From Bacteroidales bacterium UBA2030 (GTDB lineage Bacteria > Bacteroidota > Bacteroidia > Bacteroidales > TTA-H9): a DNA stretch of 64,000 bases. The position numbers were made by a program, and so were the translations under genes. Shown here piece by piece: positions 39,331-49,347 of this stretch (position 1 is its first letter; every line of letters starts with the position of its first letter). A model generated the notes under the pieces. The model saw nothing but the letters and a program-made list of their open reading frames with translations, was not told where the DNA came from and searched no databases. Where the stretch lies: NCBI GenBank assembly GCA_002332755.1, contig DDBO01000164.1:5882-69881 (forward strand). The letters run 5' to 3'.

Positions 39331-40013
39331 TATTCACCGCCTTTTATTACATCGTCGACCGGCCCATTGAAAAAATCCACAAAGGGCTTCATCACCTTAA
39401 ATACATTCAAGGCATAACTTATTAATTGTTCCCTTCCCGCCAGTTTTTCATCATAAAGCGAAGCCACAACAAAGTGCTTATGCTTTAAAAATTCTATTCC
39501 TTCAAAATCAATGGGAAAACCCCGGGGAGGCCGGCTGAGTTTCTCCATTTCTGATAACCCATTGAAAAATTTTGCAAACTTAGGGTCATCCAAAATAGAC
39601 TTGAAAACCGGATAATTATAGTAAATCTCCATCCTGGCACTTTGCAAAATATCTTTTTCAGGAGCGTACAATCCACCCCCCACAAAACAATTTCCAGGTT
39701 CTATATGAAGATAATAACCCGCATAAGGACTTTTCTTTCCCCCTCTCACTACATATACACCGGTAAAAGTCTTATAAGGCGACTTATCCGTTTTAAACCG
39801 AATATCGCGGTTGATGCGATAAAGGCAATCAGAAGGGCGAAGGGCTCCCACAGAGGGATCAAAGCGATGGATGCCTTCTATTAGACTTTGTGCCAGGTGG
39901 TTCAGATATTTTTTAATTTTTTCGTATTCAAGCTTGTGGGCCTGAAACCATTCCCGATGGTTATTCTGGGCCAATTCACTAAAAAAAGTTAAAATTTCCG
40001 GACAATCGGTCAT
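39327..40013 (-). CDS. DUF2461 (TIGR02453-like) family protein
   Basis: It has the [15 protein letters not shown]-terminal signature and the [16 protein letters not shown] motif. The start was moved from TTG 40019 to ATG 40013. Its 3' end overlaps the pyrF stop by 4 nt (convergent). Confidence 0.7.
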   Translation of the reverse strand: MTDCPEILTFFSELAQNNHREWFQAHKLEYEKIKKYLNHLAQSLIEGIHRFDPSVGALRPSDCLYRINRDIRFKTDKSPYKTFTGVYVVRGGKKSPYAGYYLHIEPGNCFVGGGLYAPEKDILQSARMEIYYNYPVFKSILDDPKFAKFFNGLSEMEKLSRPPRGFPIDFEGIEFLKHKHFVVASLYDEKLAGREQLISYALNVFKVMKPFVDFFNGPVDDVIKGGEY

Positions 40014-40030
40014 AAGCAAGTTTTAAAGTG

Positions 40031-40038
40031 CAAAGGTA
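40031..40038 (-). promoter_or_regulatory. -7 box TAccTTTG for the DUF2461 gene
   Basis: Perfect TAnnTTTG on the minus strand, 17 nt upstream of ATG 40013. Confidence 0.5.
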
Positions 40039-40126
40039 AGCTGGAAGAAGTTTTACAAGACGGGAAGAAGATTGTATGTTGCCCGAAGTGCCTGAAAATA
40101 TTGTATATTAGCTTCAAATATTCAGG

Positions 40127-40948
40127 ATGCGAAAAAACATTTTACTACTCATTCTGACGTTATTTTTCCTTTCATCGAGGGGACAAAGCTGGTTGGGGTT
40201 TCGCAGCCCGGCAGCAGCAGGCATGAGCAGCAGCGGATTGATGGAACAGGATGTTTGGTCTGCTTTTGGCAATCCAGCAGGTTTGGCAACGAAATCTGCA
40301 ACCATGGCAGGCGCGGGAGTCTCAAATCGCTTTGTGATGAAAGAATTTTCGAATAAAGGCTTAGCTTTCTCCGCCAAAATTCCCGGGGCTGTGGTGGCAT
40401 TAGCTGGCGCTCACTATGGAGACGCCTCTTACAGCGAACAACGATACAATATTGCATTGTCCAAACAGCTGGCGGGCGGCTTCTGGTCAGGAATTACGCT
40501 GGACTACTGTCATCTTTCACAGGGCGGAGGATATGGTAGTGCAGGGGCATTCACTTTCTCAGCCGGGATACTTTCACAACTCAGCAACGAAATAATGCTG
40601 GGTGCTTATCTCTTTAATCCAATAAAAGCTAAGCCCAAAGGACCTGTTCAAGCCGAAATTCCTGCACTTATGCGCCTGGGGTTATCCTATGATTTTTCGC
40701 CTGAAATGAAGCTTCTTGCAGAAGTAGAAAAAGCCAGCAACCAGAAGGCCGGCGTGAATATAGGTGCTCAATATAGGGCCTTTGAAAAAATTTACCTTAG
40801 AGGTGGCGTCAATACTTATCCGGGGACCTGGTCTTTTGGCGTGGGCCTGCATTTAGGCAAACTACAAATGGACCTTGCCACCGAAATGCACCCTACACTT
40901 GGTATATGCCCCCATGCAGCAATTTCGTATGTTCTGAAATCGAACTGA
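40127..40948 (+). CDS. predicted outer-membrane beta-barrel protein, PorV/PorQ (FadL-like)-type N-terminal motif
   Basis: It has the signal peptide MRKNILLLILTLFFLSSRGQ. SPAAAGMSSSGLMEQDVWSAFGNPAGLA resembles the ARAxxMGGA...NPAgl motif of PorV/PorQ-like barrels. The rest is Gly/Ala-rich with alternating strands. The family call is tentative. Confidence 0.45.
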   Translation: MRKNILLLILTLFFLSSRGQSWLGFRSPAAAGMSSSGLMEQDVWSAFGNPAGLATKSATMAGAGVSNRFVMKEFSNKGLAFSAKIPGAVVALAGAHYGDASYSEQRYNIALSKQLAGGFWSGITLDYCHLSQGGGYGSAGAFTFSAGILSQLSNEIMLGAYLFNPIKAKPKGPVQAEIPALMRLGLSYDFSPEMKLLAEVEKASNQKAGVNIGAQYRAFEKIYLRGGVNTYPGTWSFGVGLHLGKLQMDLATEMHPTLGICPHAAISYVLKSN

Positions 40949-40949
40949 G

Positions 40950-43028
40950 ATGAAAAAAATGCTCCTTCGTCTGGCATGGGTCACATGGATGTTGATACCC
41001 TTTTCGCTTTTCGCTCAGGTGCCCGACACCCTTACTTCCGATTTACGTAATCAGCTCGAACGCCTGACAGAAGATACTGAGACAGAGTATGATTTCAGTG
41101 AATTCGCTGAGGAGCTTGAAGAATTAATCCACTCACCTGTAAATCTCAATAGCCGAAATCCGGAAGAGCTACGCAGATTATTTTTTCTCAATGACAGACA
41201 AATCCGAAACATTTTAAAATATGTTGCCAGCTACGGTGATTTTCAGAGCATTTATGAACTAAAGGCTGTTGAAGGTCTCGACAGTGCAGTCATACAACAA
41301 ATGCTTCCTTATGTTGTAATTCAATCGACCTCCTCGAATGCAATGAGCTGGAAAGATGCACTTACCCGAGGCAAGCACCAGCTTCTCGTTCGCCATCAAA
41401 GAGTAATTGAGCAACAGGAAGGATATAAAACACCCACCGATTCTTTGCCTGAGGCAAGTCCCAACTCATTTTACCAGGGCAGCCCCGACCGGTTGCTTTT
41501 CAAATATGGATACGATTATCGGGGGCGCTTTCGATATGGACTCCTGGGAGAAAAAGACCCAGGGGAAGAATTTTTTAAAGGCTCACAAAGTCGAGGATTC
41601 GACTTTTATTCGGCCCATTTCTTTTATTCCGGGAAAGGTTTGTTGCGTAGGTTGGCAATAGGCGATTACCATGCTTCATTTGGTCAAGGTTTGGTAATGT
41701 GGAGCGGTATCATGTTTGGGAAAGCCTCTCTTACAGGAGGTAATCCTTCTCCTGCCAGGGGTATTAGGCCCAGCACATCGGCCAATGAATTTGCATTTCT
41801 GAGGGGTGCTGCTATCACTTTAGGTAAAGGCAACTTCGAGTTTACTGCTTTAGCAGGAAGAAATGCACTCGATGGCACTATTATCACCTCCGATTCACTC
41901 AGCGAATATATCAAGGGGATACAAAACACAGGACTGCATCGTACACCAGCGGAAATTGCCGGCAAAAACAGTTTGCACCTGACCACTGTGGGTGGAAACC
42001 TTGACTATACAGGTGATATCTTTAAAGCCGGCATCACTGCTGTGTCGGTGATTTTCGATAAGGAGTTCCAACCCCAACCGGGCCTCTACCGTCAATTTCA
42101 ACAACCCCAAAAGCAACAATTTACTTCAGGTATTCATTTTTCACTCTACCTAAGAGATGCGCTGGTGAAGGGTGAATTAGCCCGCGATAAACAAGGTCAT
42201 CTGGCGGGCATAGTCAGCACTACCTTTCAACCCGATCCCCGCCTCAGCCTGTGGGTGATTTACCGTAACTACCACAAGGCTTTTCAGAACTTTTTCAGTA
42301 ATGCTTTTGGCGAAAATTCGGGGGTGTATAACGAAGAGGGTTTATACCTTGGTTTCAAGGCGGCCCTGTCGAAAAAAGTGGAGATGAGCGGTTACGCAGA
42401 TTATTTTCGCTTTCCATGGTTTCGCTATAGGGTAGACGGACCTTCAACAGGACGGGAATACCAATTGCGCACTGATATCCGCCTCACGCGTTCTTCGCTG
42501 ATTTATTTCCGCTATCGGTTTAAACAAAAAGCACTCAACACCACCGACTCAACGCGCCCGGTCAATGTACTGGCATTGCCTTACTATCATAATTTCCGCC
42601 TTCACGCCGATTATCAACCTATTGCTACCCTGTCGCTTTCTTCACGGGTTGAGGTGATGTTCAATCATCCCGAAGGTACCGAAAAGCGGCGTCAAGGCTT
42701 CCTCATTTACCAGGAAATGGCCTGGAACCCATCCTCATTCCCTATTACCCTGGCAACCCGTTATGCTCTTTTCGAAACCGATACTTACGACGAACGCATC
42801 TATGCTTATGAGCGAGATTTGCGTTTTAGCTTCAGCATTCCGTCTTATTATTACAACGGGCAAAGGTTTTACCTCATGTTGAAATATAGCCCAAAGCCCT
42901 GGCTGGACCTATGGATAAGATATGCAGCCACTTTCTATGCTGATACCGAGACTGTAGGTTCGGGCCCCGATACCAGCGCAGGAAACACTCGTTCCGACAT
43001 CAGGGCACAACTTTTGCTAAAATTCTAA
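40950..43028 (+). CDS. predicted outer-membrane protein with an N-terminal ComEA-like helix-hairpin-helix module and a large C-terminal beta-rich domain
   Basis: It has the signal peptide MKKMLLRLAWVTWMLIPFSLFAQ. The tandem HhH-like segment is VNLNSRNPEELRRLFFLNDRQIRNILKYVASYGDFQSIYELKAVEGLDSAVIQQMLPYV. About 550 aa of aromatic/Gly-rich sequence follow, ending ...AQLLLKF (OMP-type terminal Phe). It starts 1 nt after the upstream stop. Confidence 0.55.
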   Translation: MKKMLLRLAWVTWMLIPFSLFAQVPDTLTSDLRNQLERLTEDTETEYDFSEFAEELEELIHSPVNLNSRNPEELRRLFFLNDRQIRNILKYVASYGDFQSIYELKAVEGLDSAVIQQMLPYVVIQSTSSNAMSWKDALTRGKHQLLVRHQRVIEQQEGYKTPTDSLPEASPNSFYQGSPDRLLFKYGYDYRGRFRYGLLGEKDPGEEFFKGSQSRGFDFYSAHFFYSGKGLLRRLAIGDYHASFGQGLVMWSGIMFGKASLTGGNPSPARGIRPSTSANEFAFLRGAAITLGKGNFEFTALAGRNALDGTIITSDSLSEYIKGIQNTGLHRTPAEIAGKNSLHLTTVGGNLDYTGDIFKAGITAVSVIFDKEFQPQPGLYRQFQQPQKQQFTSGIHFSLYLRDALVKGELARDKQGHLAGIVSTTFQPDPRLSLWVIYRNYHKAFQNFFSNAFGENSGVYNEEGLYLGFKAALSKKVEMSGYADYFRFPWFRYRVDGPSTGREYQLRTDIRLTRSSLIYFRYRFKQKALNTTDSTRPVNVLALPYYHNFRLHADYQPIATLSLSSRVEVMFNHPEGTEKRRQGFLIYQEMAWNPSSFPITLATRYALFETDTYDERIYAYERDLRFSFSIPSYYYNGQRFYLMLKYSPKPWLDLWIRYAATFYADTETVGSGPDTSAGNTRSDIRAQLLLKF

Positions 43029-43107
43029 TCATTTCCGGTCGAAATAAAGAAGCAGTTGCTACGTTTATGCTTGCGGATAGCTGTGTATCTCAACTCAAAT
43101 TATAATT

Positions 43108-44664
43108 ATGGAAAAAATTCGCATTTTATGGGCTGACGATGAAATTGATATGCTCAAAGCTCATGTCATTTTCTTGGAGCAAAAAGGGTATGAAGTAGTT
43201 TCTACCAACAACGGCAACGAAGCCCTCGAATTAATACGCACCGAAGCTTTCGATATCATATTTCTCGACGAAAACATGCCGGGACTCACCGGATTGGAAA
43301 CCCTGGCAGAGATTAATAACTTAAAACCAGGCATTCCCGTTGTGATGATTACGAAAAGCGAGGAAGAAAGCATCATGGAGGATGCCATAGGTGGCAATAT
43401 TTCGGATTACCTTATTAAGCCCGTAAAACCCAATCAGATATTACTAACCTTGAAAAAAAATCTTGAAAAGCGTGAATTGATTAGCCAAAAGACAACCATG
43501 GCCTATCAACAGGCTTTCAGGGAGATAGGTATGGAAATCAGCACTTCGCTTGACTATAATGGTTGGATGGAGCTTTACCGACGGATTGTCAACTGGGAAC
43601 TACGCCTGCAGCAGACCCGCGAGGACGGAATGCTTGAAATAGTACGTATGCAAAAGGAAGAGGCCAACAACGTTTTTTCTCGCTACTATGAAGACAATTA
43701 CCCCTTGTGGTTGAAAGGTAAAAGCCAGGAAAAACCTGTGCTCTCTCATACTTTGATAAGGGAAAAGCTGTTCCCGTTGCTTGAAAAAGAATCGCAGCTG
43801 TTCCTAATAGTTATCGACAACCTTCGGTATGATCAATGGAAAACCATACAACCGGTAATTGAAGAGCTTTTCAGAGTTGAAAAAGATGAGATGTATTGCA
43901 GTATACTTCCTACCACCACGCAATTTGCCAGAAATGCACTCTTTGCCGGATTAATGCCTTCCGAAATTGAAAAGAAATATCCCGCCTGGTGGATAAACGA
44001 ATGGGATGAAGGCACGAAGAATCAGTATGAAGAACAACTCTTTGCGGAACTGTTGAAACGTTTTGGGAGAAATATCAAATTTTCGTTCAATAAAGTACTC
44101 AACCTAACTGCGGGAACCCGCCTAGTGGACAATCTGCCCAATCTTTTGGGCAATCAGCTTAATGTGGTAGTGTATAATTTCGTGGATACCCTTTCGCACG
44201 CGCGCACTGAGATGGAAATCATCAGAGAGCTGGCCAACGACGAGGCCGCCTACCGTTCTCTCACACTTTCATGGTTCGAGCATTCACCTCTGCAAGATAT
44301 TATGCGCTTTCTGTCCGAAAAACGTATTCCTGTCGTTATCACAACCGATCATGGAAGTATAAGAGTTCAAAATGCAGTAAAAGTAGTTGGCGACCGCGAA
44401 ACCAATGTCAATCTGAGATTCAAGGCAGGTAAGAATTTAAATTTCAACAAAAAGGAATGCTTTCATGTTAGAAACCCGGAAGACGTTTTCTTACCCCGCC
44501 AAAACGTAACTACGTCCTACATCTTTGCTCGAGGCAATGATTTCTTCGCCTATCCCAATAATTTCAATTATTATTCAAATTATTACCGGAATACTTTTCA
44601 ACATGGAGGCATATCTCTGGAAGAAATTATGGTGCCTTTTGTATTTCTGAAACCTAAAGTGTAA
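43108..44664 (+). CDS. porX: PorX-type response regulator (receiver plus PglZ/alkaline-phosphatase-superfamily domain)
   Basis: It has an N-terminal receiver (ILWADDEIDMLKAHVIFLEQKGY...IIFLDENMPGLTG...LIKPV) followed by a ~390-aa PglZ-like domain (VIDNLRYDQW..., TTDHGS). The 518-aa architecture is characteristic of T9SS regulator PorX. Confidence 0.85.
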   Translation: MEKIRILWADDEIDMLKAHVIFLEQKGYEVVSTNNGNEALELIRTEAFDIIFLDENMPGLTGLETLAEINNLKPGIPVVMITKSEEESIMEDAIGGNISDYLIKPVKPNQILLTLKKNLEKRELISQKTTMAYQQAFREIGMEISTSLDYNGWMELYRRIVNWELRLQQTREDGMLEIVRMQKEEANNVFSRYYEDNYPLWLKGKSQEKPVLSHTLIREKLFPLLEKESQLFLIVIDNLRYDQWKTIQPVIEELFRVEKDEMYCSILPTTTQFARNALFAGLMPSEIEKKYPAWWINEWDEGTKNQYEEQLFAELLKRFGRNIKFSFNKVLNLTAGTRLVDNLPNLLGNQLNVVVYNFVDTLSHARTEMEIIRELANDEAAYRSLTLSWFEHSPLQDIMRFLSEKRIPVVITTDHGSIRVQNAVKVVGDRETNVNLRFKAGKNLNFNKKECFHVRNPEDVFLPRQNVTTSYIFARGNDFFAYPNNFNYYSNYYRNTFQHGGISLEEIMVPFVFLKPKV

Positions 44665-44735
44665 ACAATTCTTACTATAGGAGACCGGAATAATACCGGT
44701 AAAATAAAGTCTTAAGGATAGATTTAATTTTAAAA

Positions 44736-44785
44736 GCCTCAAGCGCAAAATCCTTCTCAGCCCTTGAGGCAATTTTTTATTTTTA
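44736..44785 (+). terminator. probable terminator after porX
   Basis: Stem gcctcaag (44736-44743) pairs with cttgaggc (44763-44770), followed by aattttttattttt. The 19-nt loop is long for a terminator. Confidence 0.5.
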
Positions 44786-44890
44786 GGGGAACCATAGAGA
44801 TTTTGCAGAACCACGCTGACTTTTTTGTTCTGTAACCTATACTATCCTACTTTGAAAAAAGCAATTATGACTGGTTTTATATAGAAATTA

Positions 44891-44898
44891 TAATTTTG
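44891..44898 (+). promoter_or_regulatory. -7 box TAatTTTG for the cargo gene
   Basis: Perfect TAnnTTTG, 23 nt upstream of ATG 44921. Confidence 0.55.
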
Positions 44899-47710
44899 TA
44901 AGGACAAGAAATTCAGACATATGAAAAAATTCTCCCTTACCCTGTTTATAATAGTTACGACCTTAGGTTTACGAGGTCAAGATAATCCAGTAAATCCGGT
45001 AATTACCGGAGAAGGCCGTTTTTTAGGAATTTCTCAGCCCTTGCGTGATTTACCGGTAATAACCGAAGAAGATTGGACAGGGATGAAAAACCGGGCCGAG
45101 CAAAAAAGATTGAATCCAAAATTGCAAAAACGAGAGTATCCCTATGCATCCACAGCCCTGCCCAAAGGTACTGACCCCGTATGGCAAAATTCCATGGGTG
45201 TTACTGAAAACTCAACAGAACTCATTCAGAGCTTCGACGGCCAAACCTCACCTTATTATCCCCCCGACTGCAACGGCACGGCAGGTCCCAATCATTATGT
45301 ACAGACCATCAATACCACCTTTGCGGTCTATAGCAAAACGGGCACGCTGTTGGCAGGCCCTACAAATCTGAATACTCTATATACAGGTCTTCCAGGTGCT
45401 ACCTACAACGATGGTGACCCTATCGTTCTCTACGATGAACAAGCCAACCGATGGCTTATCGCAGAATTTTCAGTGAGTGGTTCCAACGATTACATGCTCA
45501 TTGCAGTATCTACCACGAGCGATCCAACAGGTACTTGGTATAAATATAGCTTCGACGTAGCCGATATGCCCGACTATCCCAAATTTGGAATATGGCAAGA
45601 CGGATATTATATGGGAACCAATAACCCCTCAGGAGCAGATATTTATGTGTTTGAACGGACAGTTATGCTTGCTGGAGGAACTAACCCTAAAATGGTAGGT
45701 TTTGACAATCCTTGGCGTCCGACAACTATCGACGGTTTTGTTTGCGTTCCTCCCGTAGATAATGATGGAACCTTTGCTCCTGCAGGCAGTCCAGGAATTT
45801 TTATTGCCTTTAACGACGATGCCATTGGCGGTGGCAGCGACCAGTTGTGGATTTACGAACTAACGATAAATTGGAACAATACGGCGGCCTCTACATTCGT
45901 CAGAACACAGCAAATTAATGTAGCTCCTTTCGATTCAAATTTCGGCAACACATGGAACAATGTTACCCAACAGGGCACTTCCCAAAAAGTAGATGCCATA
46001 CCCCAGGTGATCATGAATGTTCCACAATACAGAAACTTTGGCAGCTATCAAACACTGGTGGCATGTCATACCGTAGATGTTGATGGCACCGACCACGCTG
46101 GCATAAGATGGTATGAGTTGCGAAAAACTGGCTCAACCTAGTCGGTAAGACAGCAAGGAACATATGCCCCTGATGCCCACAATCGCTGGATGGGAAGCAT
46201 CGCCATGAATGCTGCAGGAGAAATTGCTTTGGGTTATAGTATAAGCAGCAGCACTCTATACCCCGGTATTCGCTACACCGGACAGACTCAGGGCAGCTAT
46301 GCCGCAGGTAATAGTACGATGGACGTACCTGAAGTCACAATTCATACGGGACAATATTCTCAAACCGGCAGTAACCGTTGGGGCGACTATTCCCTGATGT
46401 GTGTTGACCCCTCTGATGATGAAACCTTCTGGTTTACTACGCAATACATTGGTTCAGGTGGCAGCCGCAAAACCAAAATTGCCTCATTTCAGATAGGACC
46501 TGTCGCCCCAACTGCATCTTTTACGGCCAGCACCACCTTACCTTGCTTGGGGCAAACCGTCACTTTTATCGATCAGAGCACTGCTGGTCCCACTTCATGG
46601 CAATGGACTTTTACTCCTAATACAGTGACTTATGTGAATGGAACCAGCTCCACCTCTCAAAACCCACAAGTACAATTTAATGCCTATGGCAACTACACTG
46701 TCTCACTCACCGTAACAAATGCAGTAGGTAGTAATACTAACACTCAGAACAATTATATTCAGGTGAATGAGGCTAACGCCGACTTTACAGCCTCACCCAC
46801 TACTGTTGTAGTAGGCTATAGCACAACTTTTACAGATGCTTCTACATGTTCGGTAAATTCATGGAGTTGGAACTTCGGTAGCGGTGCAAACCCTGCTACG
46901 GCTTCTACACAAGGACCTCATACAGTAACATACACTACTACAGGACAGAAAACAATAAGTCTGACGGTCAATGGCAATATCACCAAAACAAAAAACAACT
47001 ACATCAATGTTATTTCAGATAATATAAACATGCAAAATGGAGTCATATATACATGCTCTGGTACTTTTTATGACCCGGGTGGGCCTTCAGCCAACTATGC
47101 AAATAATCTGGATTATACCTTGACTTTCTTCCCGGGTACCACAGGCAACAGCGTTAAAGTAACCTTTACAAGCTTCAACCTAGAAGCCAGCAGCACATGT
47201 AGTTATGATTACCTCAAGATATACAATGGACCCACTACTGCTTCACCTCTTATTGGGACCTATTGCGGAACCAACAGCCCTGGAATTGTCACAGCAAACA
47301 ATTCTGATGGGGCACTCACTTTTGTATTTCATAGTGATCAATCGGTGACAGCCTCCGGCTGGGTAGCCACGATTAATTGTATAAGTACGGTAACAGTACC
47401 CAATCCGGCTAATCTTGTAGCCACTGCTTCGGGTACTTCTCAAATTGACCTTTCCTGGGCTCTTAATGCCAATAACGATAACGTGTTGCTGGCATGGTCA
47501 CCGACATCCACATTTGGAACACCGGTTAATGGAGCAACTTATACACCGGGAAGCACCTTGCCGGGAGGAGGCACCGTTCTTTACACCGGTACAAACACCG
47601 CTTACAGCCACACGGGTCTGACACCAGCCACCACCTATTACTATAAAGCCTATTCTTTCAATACTTCCAATATTTACTCTGCGGGTATTACAGCTAATGC
47701 TACCACCCAA

Positions 47711-49018
47711 GCCGTTACGCTATCTGTAACTCCATCAAACCAAAATGTTCCTGCGGCTGCAGGAAACACTTCTTTCAATGTTACATGCAACGGCAATTGG
47801 ACAGCCACAAGCAATCAAACCTGGTGCACAGTAACCCCATCTGGCACGGGTAATGGAAGCCTCGTCGCTACTTATACAGAAAACACATCCATAACACCAC
47901 GTATTGCTACAATCACAGTTAATGCTGTGGGTGCCCCACCGGTTTCTGTAACTGTTACCCAGGAGGGTGCAGCCCCTTATGTAAACGTTACCCCACCCAA
48001 CCATAACGTGTCGTCCTCAGCTGGATTTGTTGATTTTAATATTACCTCTAACACATCTTGGACTACCGTTAGCAACCAAGCCTGGTGCACAGTAAGTCCT
48101 CCCTCTGGTAATGGAAATGGCATTTTAACTGCGGTTTATGAGGAAAACACTACTCTTAATCAGCGAGTAGCAACAATCACAGTAACAGCCGCCGGAGCCA
48201 CACCCGTCAGCGTAACCGTGACTCAAGCCGGTGCCGGGCCATTCTTATACGTTGAACCTCAAAATCAGAATGTGGCAGCCACCTCGGGAAGTGTTTCATA
48301 CAATGTCACATCCAACACCACTTGGACAGCTGTGAGCAACCAAAACTGGTGTACAGTAACCCCTTCTGGCACAGGAAATGGTACGCTTGTGGCAACTTAT
48401 ACAGAAAATACAAGCACATTCCAGAGAATTGCTGAAATAACGGTTAGTGCCTCGGGTGTCAATCCTGTCATAGTTACACTTACCCAAGCTGGTGCAACAC
48501 CTACCCTTAATGTTATGCCTGACAACCAGAACGTAAGTGCTTCTGCAGGAAGCACTTCTTTTGATATAATTAGTAATACCAACTGGAATGCTGTCAGCAA
48601 TGTATCTTGGTGTAATGTTGCTCCTTCAACGGGCAATGGCAATGGTACAATAATTGCCACTTATGAAGAAAACACCAGCGTTCAAAGCCGAGTAGCATTT
48701 ATAACGGTGACAGCATCAGGAGCAGTACCTGTAACAGTAACGGTATCACAAGCCGGAGCTGCCCCGTGGCTCAATATTACTCCACAGAGTCAGACAGTAG
48801 GTGGTGCAGCAGGTACTTCTATATTCGACATTACCAGCAATACCTCATGGATAGCTTCGAGTGATGCTCCTTGGTGCACTGTTACCCCTGCAGGAACAGG
48901 TAATGGCATTCTGCAAGCCGACTATGAGGAAAACGCCACGGCTGAAACACGCACTGCCAATATCCTTGTTACTCCTGCCGGCGGCAACCCCCAATTGGCA
49001 CAACTTATTCAGCTACCT
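47711..49018 (+). repeat. five tandem BACON-like coding repeats (~88 aa, 261-267 nt period)
   Basis: Repeat starts are at 47711, 47978, 48242, 48503 and 48767. Each contains N-x-S/T-W-T/N-A-x-S-N-x-x-W-C-T-V-x-P-x-x-G-N-G...Y-x-E-N-T-S...R-x-A-x-I-T-V...V-T-V-T-Q-x-G. Confidence 0.8.
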
Positions 49019-49051
49019 TTGGGTGTTGGAGTTAGCAAAATTGAAGCCCTA

Positions 49052-49282
49052 ATCCATATCTATCCCAATCCTTCTCATGGACGCTTCAGCATAACCACAC
49101 CGGGTAAACGTATTATCAGTATTGAAATTTCTGTATTTGATGCTTCTGGTAGAAAAATTCAACATGCTTTGCTGGAGGGCAAAGAGAGTTATGTGATAGA
49201 CCTGAGCAATGTGCCCGCCGGTGTTTATACAGCAATGCTGACCACAGAAAATCAGACGATTTACAGAAAATTAGTAGTGCAA
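49052..49282 (+). other. T9SS C-terminal sorting domain (type A CTD) of the cargo protein
   Basis: The last 77 aa are IHIYPNPSHGRFSITTPG...ISVFDASGRKI...LSNVPAGVYTAMLTTENQTIYRKLVVQ, which is a typical Por secretion tail. Confidence 0.85.
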
Positions 49283-49310
49283 TAAAATTCTGACTCAATT
49301 CAAATCTTCA

Positions 49311-49347
49311 AGAGGCATATTCTATTTATGAATGTGCCTCTTTTTTT
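49311..49347 (+). terminator. strong rho-independent terminator after the cargo gene
   Basis: A 12-bp stem (49311-49322 pairs with 49330-49341, one G-U) around loop tatttat, followed by a T-run to 49347. Confidence 0.8.

Larger units (their letters stand above)
44921..49285 (+). pseudogene. ~1450-aa multidomain T9SS cargo protein interrupted by one in-frame TAG (46139-46141)
   Basis: Track ORFs 44921-46141 and 46190-49285 are in the same frame (both coordinates are 2 mod 3), and the sequence between them is open except for the TAG. The N-terminal fragment carries the signal peptide (MKKFSLTLFIIVTTLGLRGQ). The C-terminal fragment carries two PKD domains, CUB, FN3, five BACON-like repeats and the T9SS sorting domain. 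Confidence 0.75.

Noticed and set aside
43108-44664. The PglZ domain could suggest a BREX/phage-defence locus.
   Set aside because: The PglZ domain is fused to an N-terminal receiver in the 518-aa PorX architecture. None of the other BREX components (methyltransferase, BrxC ATPase, BrxL and so on) is nearby, and the context is T9SS.
46139-46141. The in-frame TAG could indicate stop-codon reassignment or an alternative genetic code.
   Set aside because: TAG terminates at least six other well-supported genes in this window at their expected lengths: the left-edge ORF, gyrB, the 9781-10401 gene, the M28 peptidase, dCMP deaminase and PFK. A nonsense mutation or sequencing error is far more likely.
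47711-49018. The regular ~264-nt periodicity could be mistaken for a CRISPR-like or satellite array.
   Set aside because: The period is far too long for CRISPR and the copies have diverged. The whole array is in frame within one ORF, encoding BACON-like domains.
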